Below the pieces are notes generated by a model. That model was not told the DNA's origin and did no database searches. It saw only the letters and a list, made by a program, of their open reading frames with translations. From an uncultured bacterium (GTDB lineage: Bacteria > Muiribacteriota > Ozemobacteria > Ozemobacterales > Ozemobacteraceae), in the NCBI GenBank assembly GCA_964428355.1, contig CAYRYU010000009.1, forward strand, positions 13,043 to 77,042: 64,000 nucleotides of DNA, in the 5' to 3' direction. The position numbers and the translations under genes are program-made. This document shows, piece by piece, positions 48,151-57,702 of this stretch (position 1 is the first letter of the stretch; each line of letters opens with the position of its first letter).

Positions 48151-49542
48151 GTGAACTCCGTGGAAATGCGGCCTTCATTCCTCGATTCATCAAGCCTCTC
48201 GCTCCTGGTGTCCGCCCTCGAAAGGCTCGGGGATGGATTCGCCCGCCTTCCGGACGCCGGAAAACCTCTCCCGGAAATGGAAAAGGCGGGGCCAATACTT
48301 TTGGAAGTCGCCGAGCGGTTGAAGGACAACTTTCCCTACTTCCATCCCCTCTACGCGGGTCAGATGCTCAAACCCCCGCACCCGATCGCGCGGCTCGCCT
48401 ACTTCCTTGCAATGTGGATAAACCCCAACAACCATGCACTGGACGGAGGCCGAGCCAGCTCGGCGATGGAAAAGGAAGCGGTGGCGCAGCTGGCCGGTAT
48501 GTTCGGGTGGGACGAGCATTTGGGACACCTTTGCGGCGGTGGGACCATGGCGAACCTCGAAGCGCTTTGGATCTCGGGCCAGATCAATCCCGGACGCAAG
48601 GTGGTGGCGTCATCCCAGGCACATTACACCCATTCCCGGATAAGCGGAGTCCTCAAGCTGGATTTCGAAACCCTCCCTTGTGACGGGAAGGGGCGAATGG
48701 ATGTTTCAGCACTGAAAGAACGCCTTCGAAAGGGCGGAGTCGGCACCGTTGTCGCGACGATCGGAACCACCGCAACCGGCTCCGTGGATCCGCTCCCCGA
48801 GATATTGGATCTGAAAAAGGAGTTCGGATTCAGGCTTCACGCGGATGCAGCTTACGGAGGCTATTTCCGACTGGTCGGAAACCTCGGGGAAGCGACGAAA
48901 GCCTCGTTTCGAATGCTCTCCGAAGTCGACTCGCTCGTGATCGACCCTCACAAGCACGGCATGCAACCCTACGGATGCGGGTGCGTCCTGTTCCGGGATC
49001 CGAGCGTCGGCCGTTTCTACAAGCATGATTCCCCCTATACCTATTTCAGCTCCAGGGATCTCCACCTGGGCGAGATCAGCCTCGAATGCTCCCGACCCGG
49101 GGCCGCCGCGGTCGCCCTGTGGGCCACGCAGAAACTCCTTCCACTCGTGCCCGAAGGGGATTTCGCCCGAATGCTGTCGGCATCGAGGGCCGCTGCTGTC
49201 GAATTCCACCATCTCCTGGCGGAGGACCCCCTCTTCCTCCCGGCGTTTCCCCCCGAACTCGATATCGTCACCTGGATTCCGCGGGCAACAACCGTGCGTG
49301 AGGCATCGGAGAAGTCCCAACGGATCTTCATCGAAGCCGGGAAACGGGATCTCCACCTTGCGCTCGCCACCCTCCCGACATGCTTTTTCGACCTGCAAAA
49401 AGCCGGCATCGAGTCGGACCGGGACACGGTAACCTGCTTCCGCTCAGCATTGATGAAACCCGAACACAAGGAATGGCTCCCCCGAATCCTCGCCCTTCTG
49501 CGTGAAAGCTCCGTCCCCAAAACAGGAGCATCCCCAAAATAG
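48151..49542 (+). CDS. PLP-dependent group II amino-acid decarboxylase (MfnA/tyrosine-aspartate decarboxylase-like)
   Basis: …HLCGGGTMANLEALWI…, …FRLHADAAYGGY…, and the PLP-lysine motif DPHKHGMQPYGCGCVLFRD. The start could be GTG 48160 rather than 48151. Confidence 0.75.
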   Translation: MNSVEMRPSFLDSSSLSLLVSALERLGDGFARLPDAGKPLPEMEKAGPILLEVAERLKDNFPYFHPLYAGQMLKPPHPIARLAYFLAMWINPNNHALDGGRASSAMEKEAVAQLAGMFGWDEHLGHLCGGGTMANLEALWISGQINPGRKVVASSQAHYTHSRISGVLKLDFETLPCDGKGRMDVSALKERLRKGGVGTVVATIGTTATGSVDPLPEILDLKKEFGFRLHADAAYGGYFRLVGNLGEATKASFRMLSEVDSLVIDPHKHGMQPYGCGCVLFRDPSVGRFYKHDSPYTYFSSRDLHLGEISLECSRPGAAAVALWATQKLLPLVPEGDFARMLSASRAAAVEFHHLLAEDPLFLPAFPPELDIVTWIPRATTVREASEKSQRIFIEAGKRDLHLALATLPTCFFDLQKAGIESDRDTVTCFRSALMKPEHKEWLPRILALLRESSVPKTGASPK

Positions 49543-49586
49543 GGACATGAGAAACAATTCGTAATTCGGGGACATGAGAAACAATT
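49542..49586. repeat. Two direct copies (25-bp period) of GGGACATGAGAAACAATT immediately after the decarboxylase stop
   Basis: Copies at 49542–49559 and 49567–49586. The same GGGGACATGAGAA core recurs as an inverted pair at 50196–50237. Confidence 0.8.
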
Positions 49587-49666
49587 GAGGCCGGGACCTC
49601 GCGGGGCAGCTTGTCTGTTTCCTTGCCCCGAATGGCTTGCATGAGGCTCTCTCTCGGTTTCCGGGT

Positions 49667-49695
49667 TTGACAGAGAGACTTTCGAGGTCTAATCT
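49667..49695 (+). promoter_or_regulatory. Sigma-70 promoter (TTGACA-17-TAATCT) placing the transcription start at or within 1–3 nt of the ATG at 49702, i.e. a leaderless mRNA
   Basis: -35 at 49667–49672, 17-nt spacer, -10 at 49690–49695. There is no Shine-Dalgarno before ATG 49702. Confidence 0.55.
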
Positions 49696-49701
49696 GGCAA
49701 C

Positions 49702-50112
49702 ATGAAAAGGGATTTTTTTGCGGGCCTTTTGGTTTTGATTTTGGTTTTGTCACTTCCGGCCGCCTGTTGGGCACAGAGCTCTCCTGATTTGTCTGAAGAG
49801 GAGAGGGCCAAACTTGGACTTCCATCCGCTCAAGCGGGTGACATCTCCAAGGTACCCCAACCATCGGAGCAGGATGAAGAGTTCGTCGCTTCATTGACTC
49901 CGGAAGTCTATGATGCCGTGGACGAATACGTAAAAACCGCTCGCAACCTGGATTTCAAGTCGAAGGGAAAGATCCACGCCGCCAAGATGATCGGCAACTT
50001 CTACCTCCTCTGGATTTCCCAGCCTGACGTTTTCGATGGAGGTTTCGAGCTGATCTATTCCGTCGAGAAAAAGAGGATAGTAGGTTCATTCTTCGCGGGA
50101 TACAAGGGCTGA
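49702..50112 (+). CDS. Small secreted hypothetical protein (136 aa, signal peptide)
   Basis: MKRDFFAGLLVLILVLSLPAACWA signal. Flanked by promoter and palindrome or terminator elements. Confidence 0.55.
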   Translation: MKRDFFAGLLVLILVLSLPAACWAQSSPDLSEEERAKLGLPSAQAGDISKVPQPSEQDEEFVASLTPEVYDAVDEYVKTARNLDFKSKGKIHAAKMIGNFYLLWISQPDVFDGGFELIYSVEKKRIVGSFFAGYKG

Positions 50113-50188
50113 GCTCTGGGAATTGGTCCTTCCGGAGCCCGTTCGAACCCCCCGGACCATTGAATCGAAGAAGGCAGAATCCGGGAAT

Positions 50189-50245
50189 CAGAAAATCGGG
50201 GACATGAGAATTTTTTGAAAAGATTCTCATGTCCCCGATTTTCTG
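50189..50245. terminator. Long perfect inverted repeat (23-bp arms cagaaaatcggggacatgagaat / attctcatgtccccgattttctg, 11-nt loop) followed by a T-rich tract; a bidirectional terminator or protein-binding palindrome
   Basis: Arms at 50189–50211 and 50223–50245, followed by ttttctgattttctcgg. Confidence 0.6.
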
Positions 50246-50305
50246 ATTTTCTCGGAATTTCGCTGGATCTTTTCAACTAGCTTGTGAATCTCCGAACAAA
50301 CGGGG

Positions 50306-50334
50306 TTGAAAAAAGGGTACCTTCATGATATAAA
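50306..50334 (+). promoter_or_regulatory. Sigma-70 promoter (TTGAAA-17-TATAAA) for the V-ATPase operon
   Basis: -35 at 50306–50311, 17-nt spacer, -10 at 50329–50334. AAGGAGAAAAG Shine-Dalgarno and ATG 50386. Confidence 0.5.
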
Positions 50335-50385
50335 TCCATTTCCGGTTTTTGGGTCAACGATTGAAGTCCACCAAGGAGAAAAGTC

Positions 50386-50997
50386 ATGGGTACTGACGTT
50401 GCATCTTTTGCCCGCCAGCTCAAGGAAGACGGAATCGAAGCCGCCAAAAAGGAAGCTGACAAGCTGATTGAAGCGGCCCGTGCAAAGGCGAAGGAGATCC
50501 AGGACGAGGCGAAAGCCTCCATCTCCAGGATGGAAAAGGAAGCCCAGGAACAGATCGACCGGGACCGGAAGAAAGCCGAGGCAGATCTGAAGCTGGTGGG
50601 CCGCGATCTCGTATTGGGAGTCCGGAAGACCATTGAGGAGACCGCGGCAGCGTTGCTCAAGCAGTCGGTTTCCAAAGCACTTTCGACTGAAGACACCGTC
50701 AAGACAGGTCTCCTCGAGCTCCTGAAAACCCAGAAAACTGGCCGGGAGTGGGAATTGGCGCTTGGTCCCACGGTCGGAAAGAAGCTTGCCACGACGGTTG
50801 TGGAAGACCTTTTCAAACAGGCCGGAGCTTTGGCAAAGCTGAAATCCGCCCTGGAAAAAGAAGGTTTTCAGCTGACATCGAAGGGCGGAACCGAGGTTAT
50901 CGAGGTCACCGAAGATTCGGTGGTGGAGGCATTCCGAAGACTCCTTTCCCCCGAACTTGCCATTATCCTGGGCCAGAAAACCCCTGCCGCCAGGTGA
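50386..50997 (+). CDS. atpE: V/A-type ATPase subunit E
   Basis: 203 aa with an N-terminal coiled coil rich in A/K/E (…AKKEADKLIEAARAKAKEIQDEAK…) and a globular C-terminus. First gene of the operon. Confidence 0.75.
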   Translation: MGTDVASFARQLKEDGIEAAKKEADKLIEAARAKAKEIQDEAKASISRMEKEAQEQIDRDRKKAEADLKLVGRDLVLGVRKTIEETAAALLKQSVSKALSTEDTVKTGLLELLKTQKTGREWELALGPTVGKKLATTVVEDLFKQAGALAKLKSALEKEGFQLTSKGGTEVIEVTEDSVVEAFRRLLSPELAIILGQKTPAAR

Positions 50998-51005
50998 GCT
51001 GACCC

Positions 51006-51755
51006 GTGTCGAATCCCCTCTATTTCATTCTTTCGACCCTTCCTTCCCTTCCCCAGATCGGGGAATCGCCTCCGATATCCGTCGAGGAAGGGCTTCGACA
51101 CCTTCGGGATGAAAAGAACCCTGCATTGGACATCTTTGCCGGGGCAATCGCCCTTGAAGAACAGCTTATGGGATTCATCAAGTCCCGCCTCGGAAAACCC
51201 GACCCACAAAATGTCGCATCCATCCCACCCCAGGATTTCCCCGCCGGGGTCCGTGAAAAATGTGAAGCGGACCCGGTGGAAACGGGCGAGGTTGCATGGA
51301 TTGAAACGATATGGAATTCATACCTGGTCTTCCTTTCAGAGGCTGGAAAACGGATGGGTTCACCGCTTCTTTCCTCCTGGGCACGTTTTGAGCATGACCT
51401 CCGAGAAAAGCTCGCGGAAACCCGCATCAAGGAATCCAGGGCCCCCTCCGAAGGCGATGGGATAGGGGGTTCTTCGGCTCCCAAAGAGGGTTTTCTGCTG
51501 CGCCCAAGCGCCAGGGAATCCGATTCCGATCTTGAAAAGGTTGTCCTGGAGTGGTCTTCCGCCCGTGATCCGATGGCGGCAGAACAACTCCTTGACCAGG
51601 CCAGATCACATTTCATCAACAGGCTAACCACACGGTACTCGTTTTCCCTCGACGAGATCGTCGCATATTTTCTCAATCTTCGCCTGCTTCACCGGTATTC
51701 CTCCCTCGACCGTGAGTCGGGCTTGAAAATCCTTCAGGAGGTCACGGCGCTGTGA
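51006..51755 (+). CDS. DUF2764-family protein (V-ATPase subunit C/d stand-in typical of Bacteroidetes/Chlamydiae/Spirochaete-type operons)
   Basis: N-terminal LYFILSTLPSLP resembles the DUF2764 start YYYLVASLPEL. Its position between E and A is conserved. Confidence 0.6.
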   Translation: MSNPLYFILSTLPSLPQIGESPPISVEEGLRHLRDEKNPALDIFAGAIALEEQLMGFIKSRLGKPDPQNVASIPPQDFPAGVREKCEADPVETGEVAWIETIWNSYLVFLSEAGKRMGSPLLSSWARFEHDLREKLAETRIKESRAPSEGDGIGGSSAPKEGFLLRPSARESDSDLEKVVLEWSSARDPMAAEQLLDQARSHFINRLTTRYSFSLDEIVAYFLNLRLLHRYSSLDRESGLKILQEVTAL

Positions 51756-53473
51756 GCTTGAGCGGACAAATCGTCACCGTTTACGGAAACATGGTGACTG
51801 CCGAATTCGACGGGAACATCAGGCAGAATGCGGTCGCCTATTGTCATCGTTCCGACGGGGTGAAACTGATGGCCGAGATCATCCGGGTCCGCGGAAACCG
51901 CGCCGACATGCAGGTTTACGAGCTGACCAGGGGACTCCGGGTGGGCGACAAGGTGGAAGTCACCGATTCCCTGCTCTCCCTCGAACTCGGGCCAGGTCTC
52001 CTCGGAAAGATATACGACGGCCTCCAGAACCCCCTCCCGCTCCTTGCCGAGAAGGTAGGGAAGTTCCTCACTCCAGGACACTATTTTCCCGCTCTCGATC
52101 GTTCGGTCGACTGGAAGTTCACCCCCATTGCAAAAGCGGGTGATACCGTTCGCGCCGCAGACAACCTGGGAAAGGTCCCCGAGGGTATCTTCGACCACTT
52201 CCTGATGGTTCCTTTCCAGCTGCAAGGGGAATGGAAGGTCAAGAGCATCGCGGGGCCGGGCACATACAAGGTCGATAGCGAAATCGCCGTCCTCGAAAGA
52301 GACGGGGAAACGCACCGGGTCACGATGATAAACCACTGGCCCGTCCGTCTTCCCCTTGGAATCTATTCGGAAAGATTGCTGCCCGTGCAGCCCCTGATCA
52401 CGAAACAACGGATCATCGACACCTTTTTCCCGATAATGCTGGGTGGAAGTTACTGTATCCCCGGCCCCTTCGGCGCGGGAAAGACGGTTCTCCAGCAGAT
52501 CACCAGCCGTCACGCGGAGATCGACATCGTCATCGTAGCCGCATGCGGCGAGCGGGCGGGCGAGGTCGTCGAAACCCTCCGGGAGTTTCCGCACCTCACC
52601 GACCCCCGCACCGGCAAAGCACTCATGGAGCGGACGATCATCATCTGCAACACTTCCAGCATGCCCGTTGCGGCGCGCGAATCGTCCGTGTATACCGCGG
52701 TGACACTCGGGGAATACTACCGCCAGAACGGTCTGAACGTCCTTCTCCTGGCCGATTCGACGTCCCGCTGGGCCCAGGCCCTTCGCGAGATGAGCGGGCG
52801 CCTCGAGGAGATCCCGGGGGAAGAGGCCTTCCCGGCATATCTGGAAAGCTCGATCGCCCGCTTCTACGAGCGCGGCGGGATCGTCCGCCTCCGGGACGGA
52901 CGTGTTGCCTCTCTCACAATCGGTGGAACGGTAAGCCCCGCCGGAGGGAACTTCGAGGAACCGGTTACCCAGGGCACCCTCAAGGTCGTCGGAGCATTCC
53001 TTGGACTTTCCTACGCCCGTTCCTATGCCCGCCGATTTCCCGCAATCGATCCCCTGGAATCATGGTCGAAGTACCGTGGGATCATAGATGCCCAGAAGGT
53101 CAGCTGGGCACATTCGTTCCTGAAACGTGGGAAGGGCGTCTTCGAAATGATGCAGGTCGTCGGCGAGGAGGGCACTTCTATGGAGGACTTCCTCGTCTAT
53201 CTGAAATCGGAGTTCCTCGACGCGGTTTACCTGCAGCAGAACTCCTTCGATGAGGTTGATGCGGCCTGCCCCATCGAGCGCCAGAAGAACCTCTTCGATA
53301 AGGTCTGCCAGGTCCTCGACCACGCCTTCAGCGTTACCGAAAAGGAACAGGCGCGGGACATCTTCTTCACCCTGACCGACCAGTTCAGGAACTGGAACTT
53401 CGCAAAACCAGGCAGCCCCGAAATGAAGAACGCCGAGGAAAAAATCGCCCAATGCCTGGGCAAGGGGAACTGA
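51752..53473 (+). CDS. atpA: V/A-type ATPase catalytic subunit A
   Basis: 573 aa with a GPFGAGKTV P-loop. GTG start overlapping the upstream stop. Confidence 0.95.
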   Translation: MSLSGQIVTVYGNMVTAEFDGNIRQNAVAYCHRSDGVKLMAEIIRVRGNRADMQVYELTRGLRVGDKVEVTDSLLSLELGPGLLGKIYDGLQNPLPLLAEKVGKFLTPGHYFPALDRSVDWKFTPIAKAGDTVRAADNLGKVPEGIFDHFLMVPFQLQGEWKVKSIAGPGTYKVDSEIAVLERDGETHRVTMINHWPVRLPLGIYSERLLPVQPLITKQRIIDTFFPIMLGGSYCIPGPFGAGKTVLQQITSRHAEIDIVIVAACGERAGEVVETLREFPHLTDPRTGKALMERTIIICNTSSMPVAARESSVYTAVTLGEYYRQNGLNVLLLADSTSRWAQALREMSGRLEEIPGEEAFPAYLESSIARFYERGGIVRLRDGRVASLTIGGTVSPAGGNFEEPVTQGTLKVVGAFLGLSYARSYARRFPAIDPLESWSKYRGIIDAQKVSWAHSFLKRGKGVFEMMQVVGEEGTSMEDFLVYLKSEFLDAVYLQQNSFDEVDAACPIERQKNLFDKVCQVLDHAFSVTEKEQARDIFFTLTDQFRNWNFAKPGSPEMKNAEEKIAQCLGKGN

Positions 53474-53476
53474 ACC

Positions 53477-54778
53477 ATGCGGAAATATTACACCAAGATC
53501 GATCGCATCGCCGGGAACGTCGCCACCCTGCAAGCTTCCGGAGTCGGCTACGAGGAGTTGGCCGTCGTCGAGGGGAAGTGGGGTTCCTCCCTCGGACAGG
53601 TAATCCGGGTTTCGGGGAGCGAGGCTTCCCTCCAGGTTTTCGCAGGGACGCGGGGCATCTCGACGGGCGACAAGGTAAGCTTCCTGGGCTCATCGATGCG
53701 GTTCAGCTTTTCGGAGAATCTGTTCGGCCGAATATTCACCGGTGGCGGTGAACCACGCGACGGTCGAAGCCCCCTCACCGGAAATCTCGTCGAGGTTGGA
53801 GGCCCGTCGGTCAACCCTGCGGTCAGGATCATGCCCCACCGTATGATCCCGACCAACATTCCGATGATCGATGTATTCAACACCCTGGTCGAAGGACAGA
53901 AACTTCCGATATTCTCGATCCCGGGCGAACCATACAACGAGGTCCTGGCCCGAATCGCGCTCCAGGCAGAGGCCGACGTGATTATTCTGGGTGGGATGGG
54001 CCTGAAATACGACGAATACCTGTATTTCAAAAACACCCTTGAGGCAGGCGGAGCTATGTCCCGCTCGATTCTTTTCATCCATACCGCCTCCGATCCCGTT
54101 GTCGAATGTCTTCTCACCCCCGACATCGCCCTCACCGTTGCCCAGGAATTTGCGGTGCAGGGAAAACGTGTGCTGGTACTCCTTACCGACGTCACGAACT
54201 TCGCCAATGCGCTCAAGGAGATCGCGATCACGATGGAGCAGATCCCCAGCAACCGCGGATATCCCGGGGATCTCTATTCCCAGCTCGCCGCAAGGTACGA
54301 GAAAGCGGTCGTTTTCGAGGAGGGTGGATCAATCACCATCATGGCGGTGACCACCATGCCCGGAGACGACGTCACACACCCCGTCCCCGACAACACCGGT
54401 TACATCACCGAAGGCCAGTTCTACCTCAAAGGCGGATGGATCGAGCCTTTCGGATCCCTTTCACGGTTGAAGCAGCTGGTGAACGGAAAGACACGGGATG
54501 ACCACCGGGCGATCATGGACGGTTGCCTCCAGCTCTACGCGAAGTGCCGCGAAGCGCGGGAGAAGCGTGCAATGGGTTTCGAGATGTCCCCCTGGGACCT
54601 GAAACTCCTGAACTACGGCGGCGAGTTCGAGAAGAAGATCATGGACCTGTCGGTCAACATCCCGCTCTCCGGAGCCCTCGATCTCTGCTGGAGGATCCTG
54701 GCGACCTTCTTCGAACCTCGGGAAACCGGAATCCGCTCCAACCTCTCGGAGAAATTCTGGCCAAAGAGGGTGGATTGA
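53477..54778 (+). CDS. atpB: V/A-type ATPase subunit B
   Basis: 433 aa. Typical B-subunit sequence with a degenerate P-loop region. Confidence 0.95.
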   Translation: MRKYYTKIDRIAGNVATLQASGVGYEELAVVEGKWGSSLGQVIRVSGSEASLQVFAGTRGISTGDKVSFLGSSMRFSFSENLFGRIFTGGGEPRDGRSPLTGNLVEVGGPSVNPAVRIMPHRMIPTNIPMIDVFNTLVEGQKLPIFSIPGEPYNEVLARIALQAEADVIILGGMGLKYDEYLYFKNTLEAGGAMSRSILFIHTASDPVVECLLTPDIALTVAQEFAVQGKRVLVLLTDVTNFANALKEIAITMEQIPSNRGYPGDLYSQLAARYEKAVVFEEGGSITIMAVTTMPGDDVTHPVPDNTGYITEGQFYLKGGWIEPFGSLSRLKQLVNGKTRDDHRAIMDGCLQLYAKCREAREKRAMGFEMSPWDLKLLNYGGEFEKKIMDLSVNIPLSGALDLCWRILATFFEPRETGIRSNLSEKFWPKRVD

Positions 54779-54784
54779 CCCGAA

Positions 54785-55411
54785 ATGTCATCCAAGCTCA
54801 AGAAAACGCGGCCCGAACTGCTCAAACAGCGAAGGGCGCTCACCCTCTTCAAGAGGTATCTTCCGACCCTGGTTCTGAAGAAACAGCAGATCCAGATGGA
54901 GATCCTGAAAGTCAGGACCGAGCGCGGCCGCCTTCTCGAGGAGATGAAGAAGCGCATTTCCAAGGTGGAGCGATGGGTTCCCCTGTTCAGCGAAATGATT
55001 CCCGGCCCGGTGACCGAGCTGGTGCGTGTGCGGTCGATACAACGGGGAGAGAAGAACGTCGCCGGGATCGTCCTGCCGACGGTCAAGGACGTTTCCTACG
55101 AAGTGAAGCCGTACAGCCGGTATTTCACGCCCCCATGGACCGACCTCGCCGTCGATTTCGTCAAGGCCCTCCTGGAACTTCGTGAACGCACGCGCATTCT
55201 GACCGAGCAAGAGCGCCTGCTCCAGGCGGAACTCCGGAAAGTTACACAGCGGGTGAACCTTTTCGAGAAGGTGATGATTCCGCGAACGGTCGAGAACACA
55301 CGCCTCATCCGGATCCATCTGGGTGAAGAACAGGTGGCCGGTGTCGGGCGCGCCAAGATTGCCAAATCCAAGACGGTCGAATCCCCCGCGGGGATGGAGG
55401 TCCAGTCGTGA
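54785..55411 (+). CDS. atpD: V/A-type ATPase subunit D
   Basis: 208 aa. …LLKQRRALTLFKRYLPTLVLKKQQIQMEI… coiled-coil rotor subunit. Confidence 0.9.
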   Translation: MSSKLKKTRPELLKQRRALTLFKRYLPTLVLKKQQIQMEILKVRTERGRLLEEMKKRISKVERWVPLFSEMIPGPVTELVRVRSIQRGEKNVAGIVLPTVKDVSYEVKPYSRYFTPPWTDLAVDFVKALLELRERTRILTEQERLLQAELRKVTQRVNLFEKVMIPRTVENTRLIRIHLGEEQVAGVGRAKIAKSKTVESPAGMEVQS

Positions 55412-57159
55412 TCAACCCGATGAAAAGGCTCCTTCTGGCAGGCCGGGAATTCGAGCGCGAAAAGATTCTGTCCATCCTCCAGGAAGTCGGAGTGATCCAT
55501 GTCGAACCGATCGATCCCGCCGGGATTCGCGTTCCCCCTGACCTGATCGAGGAAATCTCCCAAGCCACGAAAGCCCTGGAAATCCTCGCCGGATTCGTTC
55601 CCGCTGAAGGGACCATCGATCCTCCGGGAACACCGTCCCGCCTGGTCGATGAAGTCTGCGTGAAGAGCCAGCTCCTCGCCAAGCTCCAAACCGACCGATC
55701 GGAACTCGAGAGACAGAGGACGGGAGCTGCCCCCTGGGGGCGGATCGACGCCAAGGACCTCGATGAACTGCGGAAGAACGGGCTTTTCGTTGAGTTCCTA
55801 CTGGCCCCCAGAGGCTTCGAGGACAAGGTGACCGCGGATTTGGCCGAACCCATCGCAGAGATCGACGGAGTTTTCCATATCCTGGCGGTTTCCCGTGCTC
55901 CGATAGCGTCAGATCCAGTGATCACGAGGTTTCCCCAACCTCCTCACGATGTTTTCCAGATCGATTCAGCTCTTTCCGATCTGACCAAAGAGGAAAAAGA
56001 GCTGCGAGAAACCCTTTCCGCACTTTCCCGGCGATCGGATTCTATCCGGTCCCATCTTTCAGAATTGCTTGAAAGGAAGCGTTGGAGCGAGGTCGAGACC
56101 AGCCTGGGAGCTGAGGGGCCTGCCTTCCTGATGCGGGGGTGGATTCCCTCCCAATCAGTCCACGCGCTCGAGAATGGGCTTTCCACCTCCGGAGTCGTGA
56201 TCGGCATGGACCTCGCGGACCCTGATGAGGGGGAGGCCCCCCCCACCCTTTTCGATAACCCGGTGTGGTGCAAGCCGATCGAACCCCTGTTCACGTTTCT
56301 CGGAATCATCCCCGGTTACCGTGAAGCGGATATCAGCATCTTCTTCCTTCCTTTTCTGACCCTGTTTTCCGCCATGCTCATCGGAGACGGTGGGTACGGG
56401 ATCGTGGGCCTCGTCGGGCTTGCACTCGCCTACAAACCGCTCGTCTCGCGTGGAGCGCCCGGGGGCCTTCTTCAGCTTTTCATGATCATTTTCGGAGCTT
56501 CGATCTTCTACGGGCTGTTGACCAACAGCTGGTTCGGGGCACCGCTCATCCCCCTCCTGTCTTTCGACGCGGGAAGTCCCGCAGGAATGGAGTTCCTCAA
56601 GAAGCTGTGTTTCTTCATCGGTGCCATCCACCTCTCGATCGCCCACGCATGGAAGATCCGGCGGAATCCGATCACTCTCGCCACAGCAGGCGAAGCGGGT
56701 TGGTTGATGTTCATCTGGGCGATGTTCGGGCTTCTCCAGGTTCTCGTTCTCGGGGCACCCACCCCGGGCTGGATGATCCCGCTTTTCGTTGTTTCGTTGT
56801 TCCTGGTCCTGTTCTTCACCGCCCCATCCACTAATATCTTGTCCATGGTCGGCCAGGGGCTGGGGGCAATCGCCCTCAACGCGGCGGGTTTCCTCTCCGA
56901 CATCATCAGCTACATCCGTCTTTGGGCGGTTGGAATGGCCGGAGGAATACTTGCGGCCAGTTTCAATTCACTTGCAAAGCCTCTTCCTTTTGTAGCGATG
57001 CTGGTGGTGCTCGTCCTCGCTCACCTCATGAACCTTGCCCTGTGCGTGGTCGCGATCTTCGCGCATGGAGTAAGGTTGAACCTGCTCGAGTTCTCCAACC
57101 ATCTAGGCATGGAGTGGTCAGGCAAAGAGTACAAGCCGTTCAGGAAGGAGCGGCAATGA
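55408..57159 (+). CDS. atpI: V/A-type ATPase subunit I (a-subunit)
   Basis: 583 aa with an N-terminal cytoplasmic domain and a C-terminal multi-TM domain containing the conserved Arg region (…YIRLWAVGMAG…). Confidence 0.9.
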   Translation: MINPMKRLLLAGREFEREKILSILQEVGVIHVEPIDPAGIRVPPDLIEEISQATKALEILAGFVPAEGTIDPPGTPSRLVDEVCVKSQLLAKLQTDRSELERQRTGAAPWGRIDAKDLDELRKNGLFVEFLLAPRGFEDKVTADLAEPIAEIDGVFHILAVSRAPIASDPVITRFPQPPHDVFQIDSALSDLTKEEKELRETLSALSRRSDSIRSHLSELLERKRWSEVETSLGAEGPAFLMRGWIPSQSVHALENGLSTSGVVIGMDLADPDEGEAPPTLFDNPVWCKPIEPLFTFLGIIPGYREADISIFFLPFLTLFSAMLIGDGGYGIVGLVGLALAYKPLVSRGAPGGLLQLFMIIFGASIFYGLLTNSWFGAPLIPLLSFDAGSPAGMEFLKKLCFFIGAIHLSIAHAWKIRRNPITLATAGEAGWLMFIWAMFGLLQVLVLGAPTPGWMIPLFVVSLFLVLFFTAPSTNILSMVGQGLGAIALNAAGFLSDIISYIRLWAVGMAGGILAASFNSLAKPLPFVAMLVVLVLAHLMNLALCVVAIFAHGVRLNLLEFSNHLGMEWSGKEYKPFRKERQ

Positions 57160-57216
57160 AAATGTTCCAATCTGTCACATCGTATTTCCAATTTCCCATC
57201 AGAAGGAGTTGAACTC

Positions 57217-57702
57217 ATGTTGGAAGTCATCGGAAAGCTTTCCTCGGGTCTTGTTCTGGGTATGGGGGCGCTCGGAAGCGCTCTCGGAATCGTCGCAGCC
57301 GGGACAGCTGCGGCGGGGGCTTGGGCGAATGAAGGGAAAGCGGGGAAGAACCTTTCCTTCACCTACGTTCTTTGTATCGCAGCCCCCATCAGCCAAACCC
57401 TTTATGCAATGATCCTCATGAACTCGATGCTGGGAAAAGCGCCGACGCCGGCCAACACCTTCCTGCTTCTCGGGGTGGCAATCGGATGCGGGATGGCGGA
57501 GCTTTTCTCCGCGTGGTATCAGGGAGTCATCGGAGCAGCGGGAGTCCGTTGTCTCAACGAGAACGGCGGAAAGGGCTTCGGGATGATCCTCATCGCCCTG
57601 GGAATCATCGAAACCGTCGGGATCTTCGGAATGGTTTTCGGCCTCCAGGCTCTCGGAAGCGCGGAAGTCCTTCAGGCTGTCGCCACCGGCGCCGGGAGCT
57701 GA
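57217..57702 (+). CDS. atpK: V/A-type ATPase proteolipid subunit K (c-subunit, 4-TM duplicated form)
   Basis: 161 aa with Gly/Ala-rich transmembrane helices and a conserved carboxylate in TM4 (GIIETVGIFG). Confidence 0.9.
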   Translation: MLEVIGKLSSGLVLGMGALGSALGIVAAGTAAAGAWANEGKAGKNLSFTYVLCIAAPISQTLYAMILMNSMLGKAPTPANTFLLLGVAIGCGMAELFSAWYQGVIGAAGVRCLNENGGKGFGMILIALGIIETVGIFGMVFGLQALGSAEVLQAVATGAGS

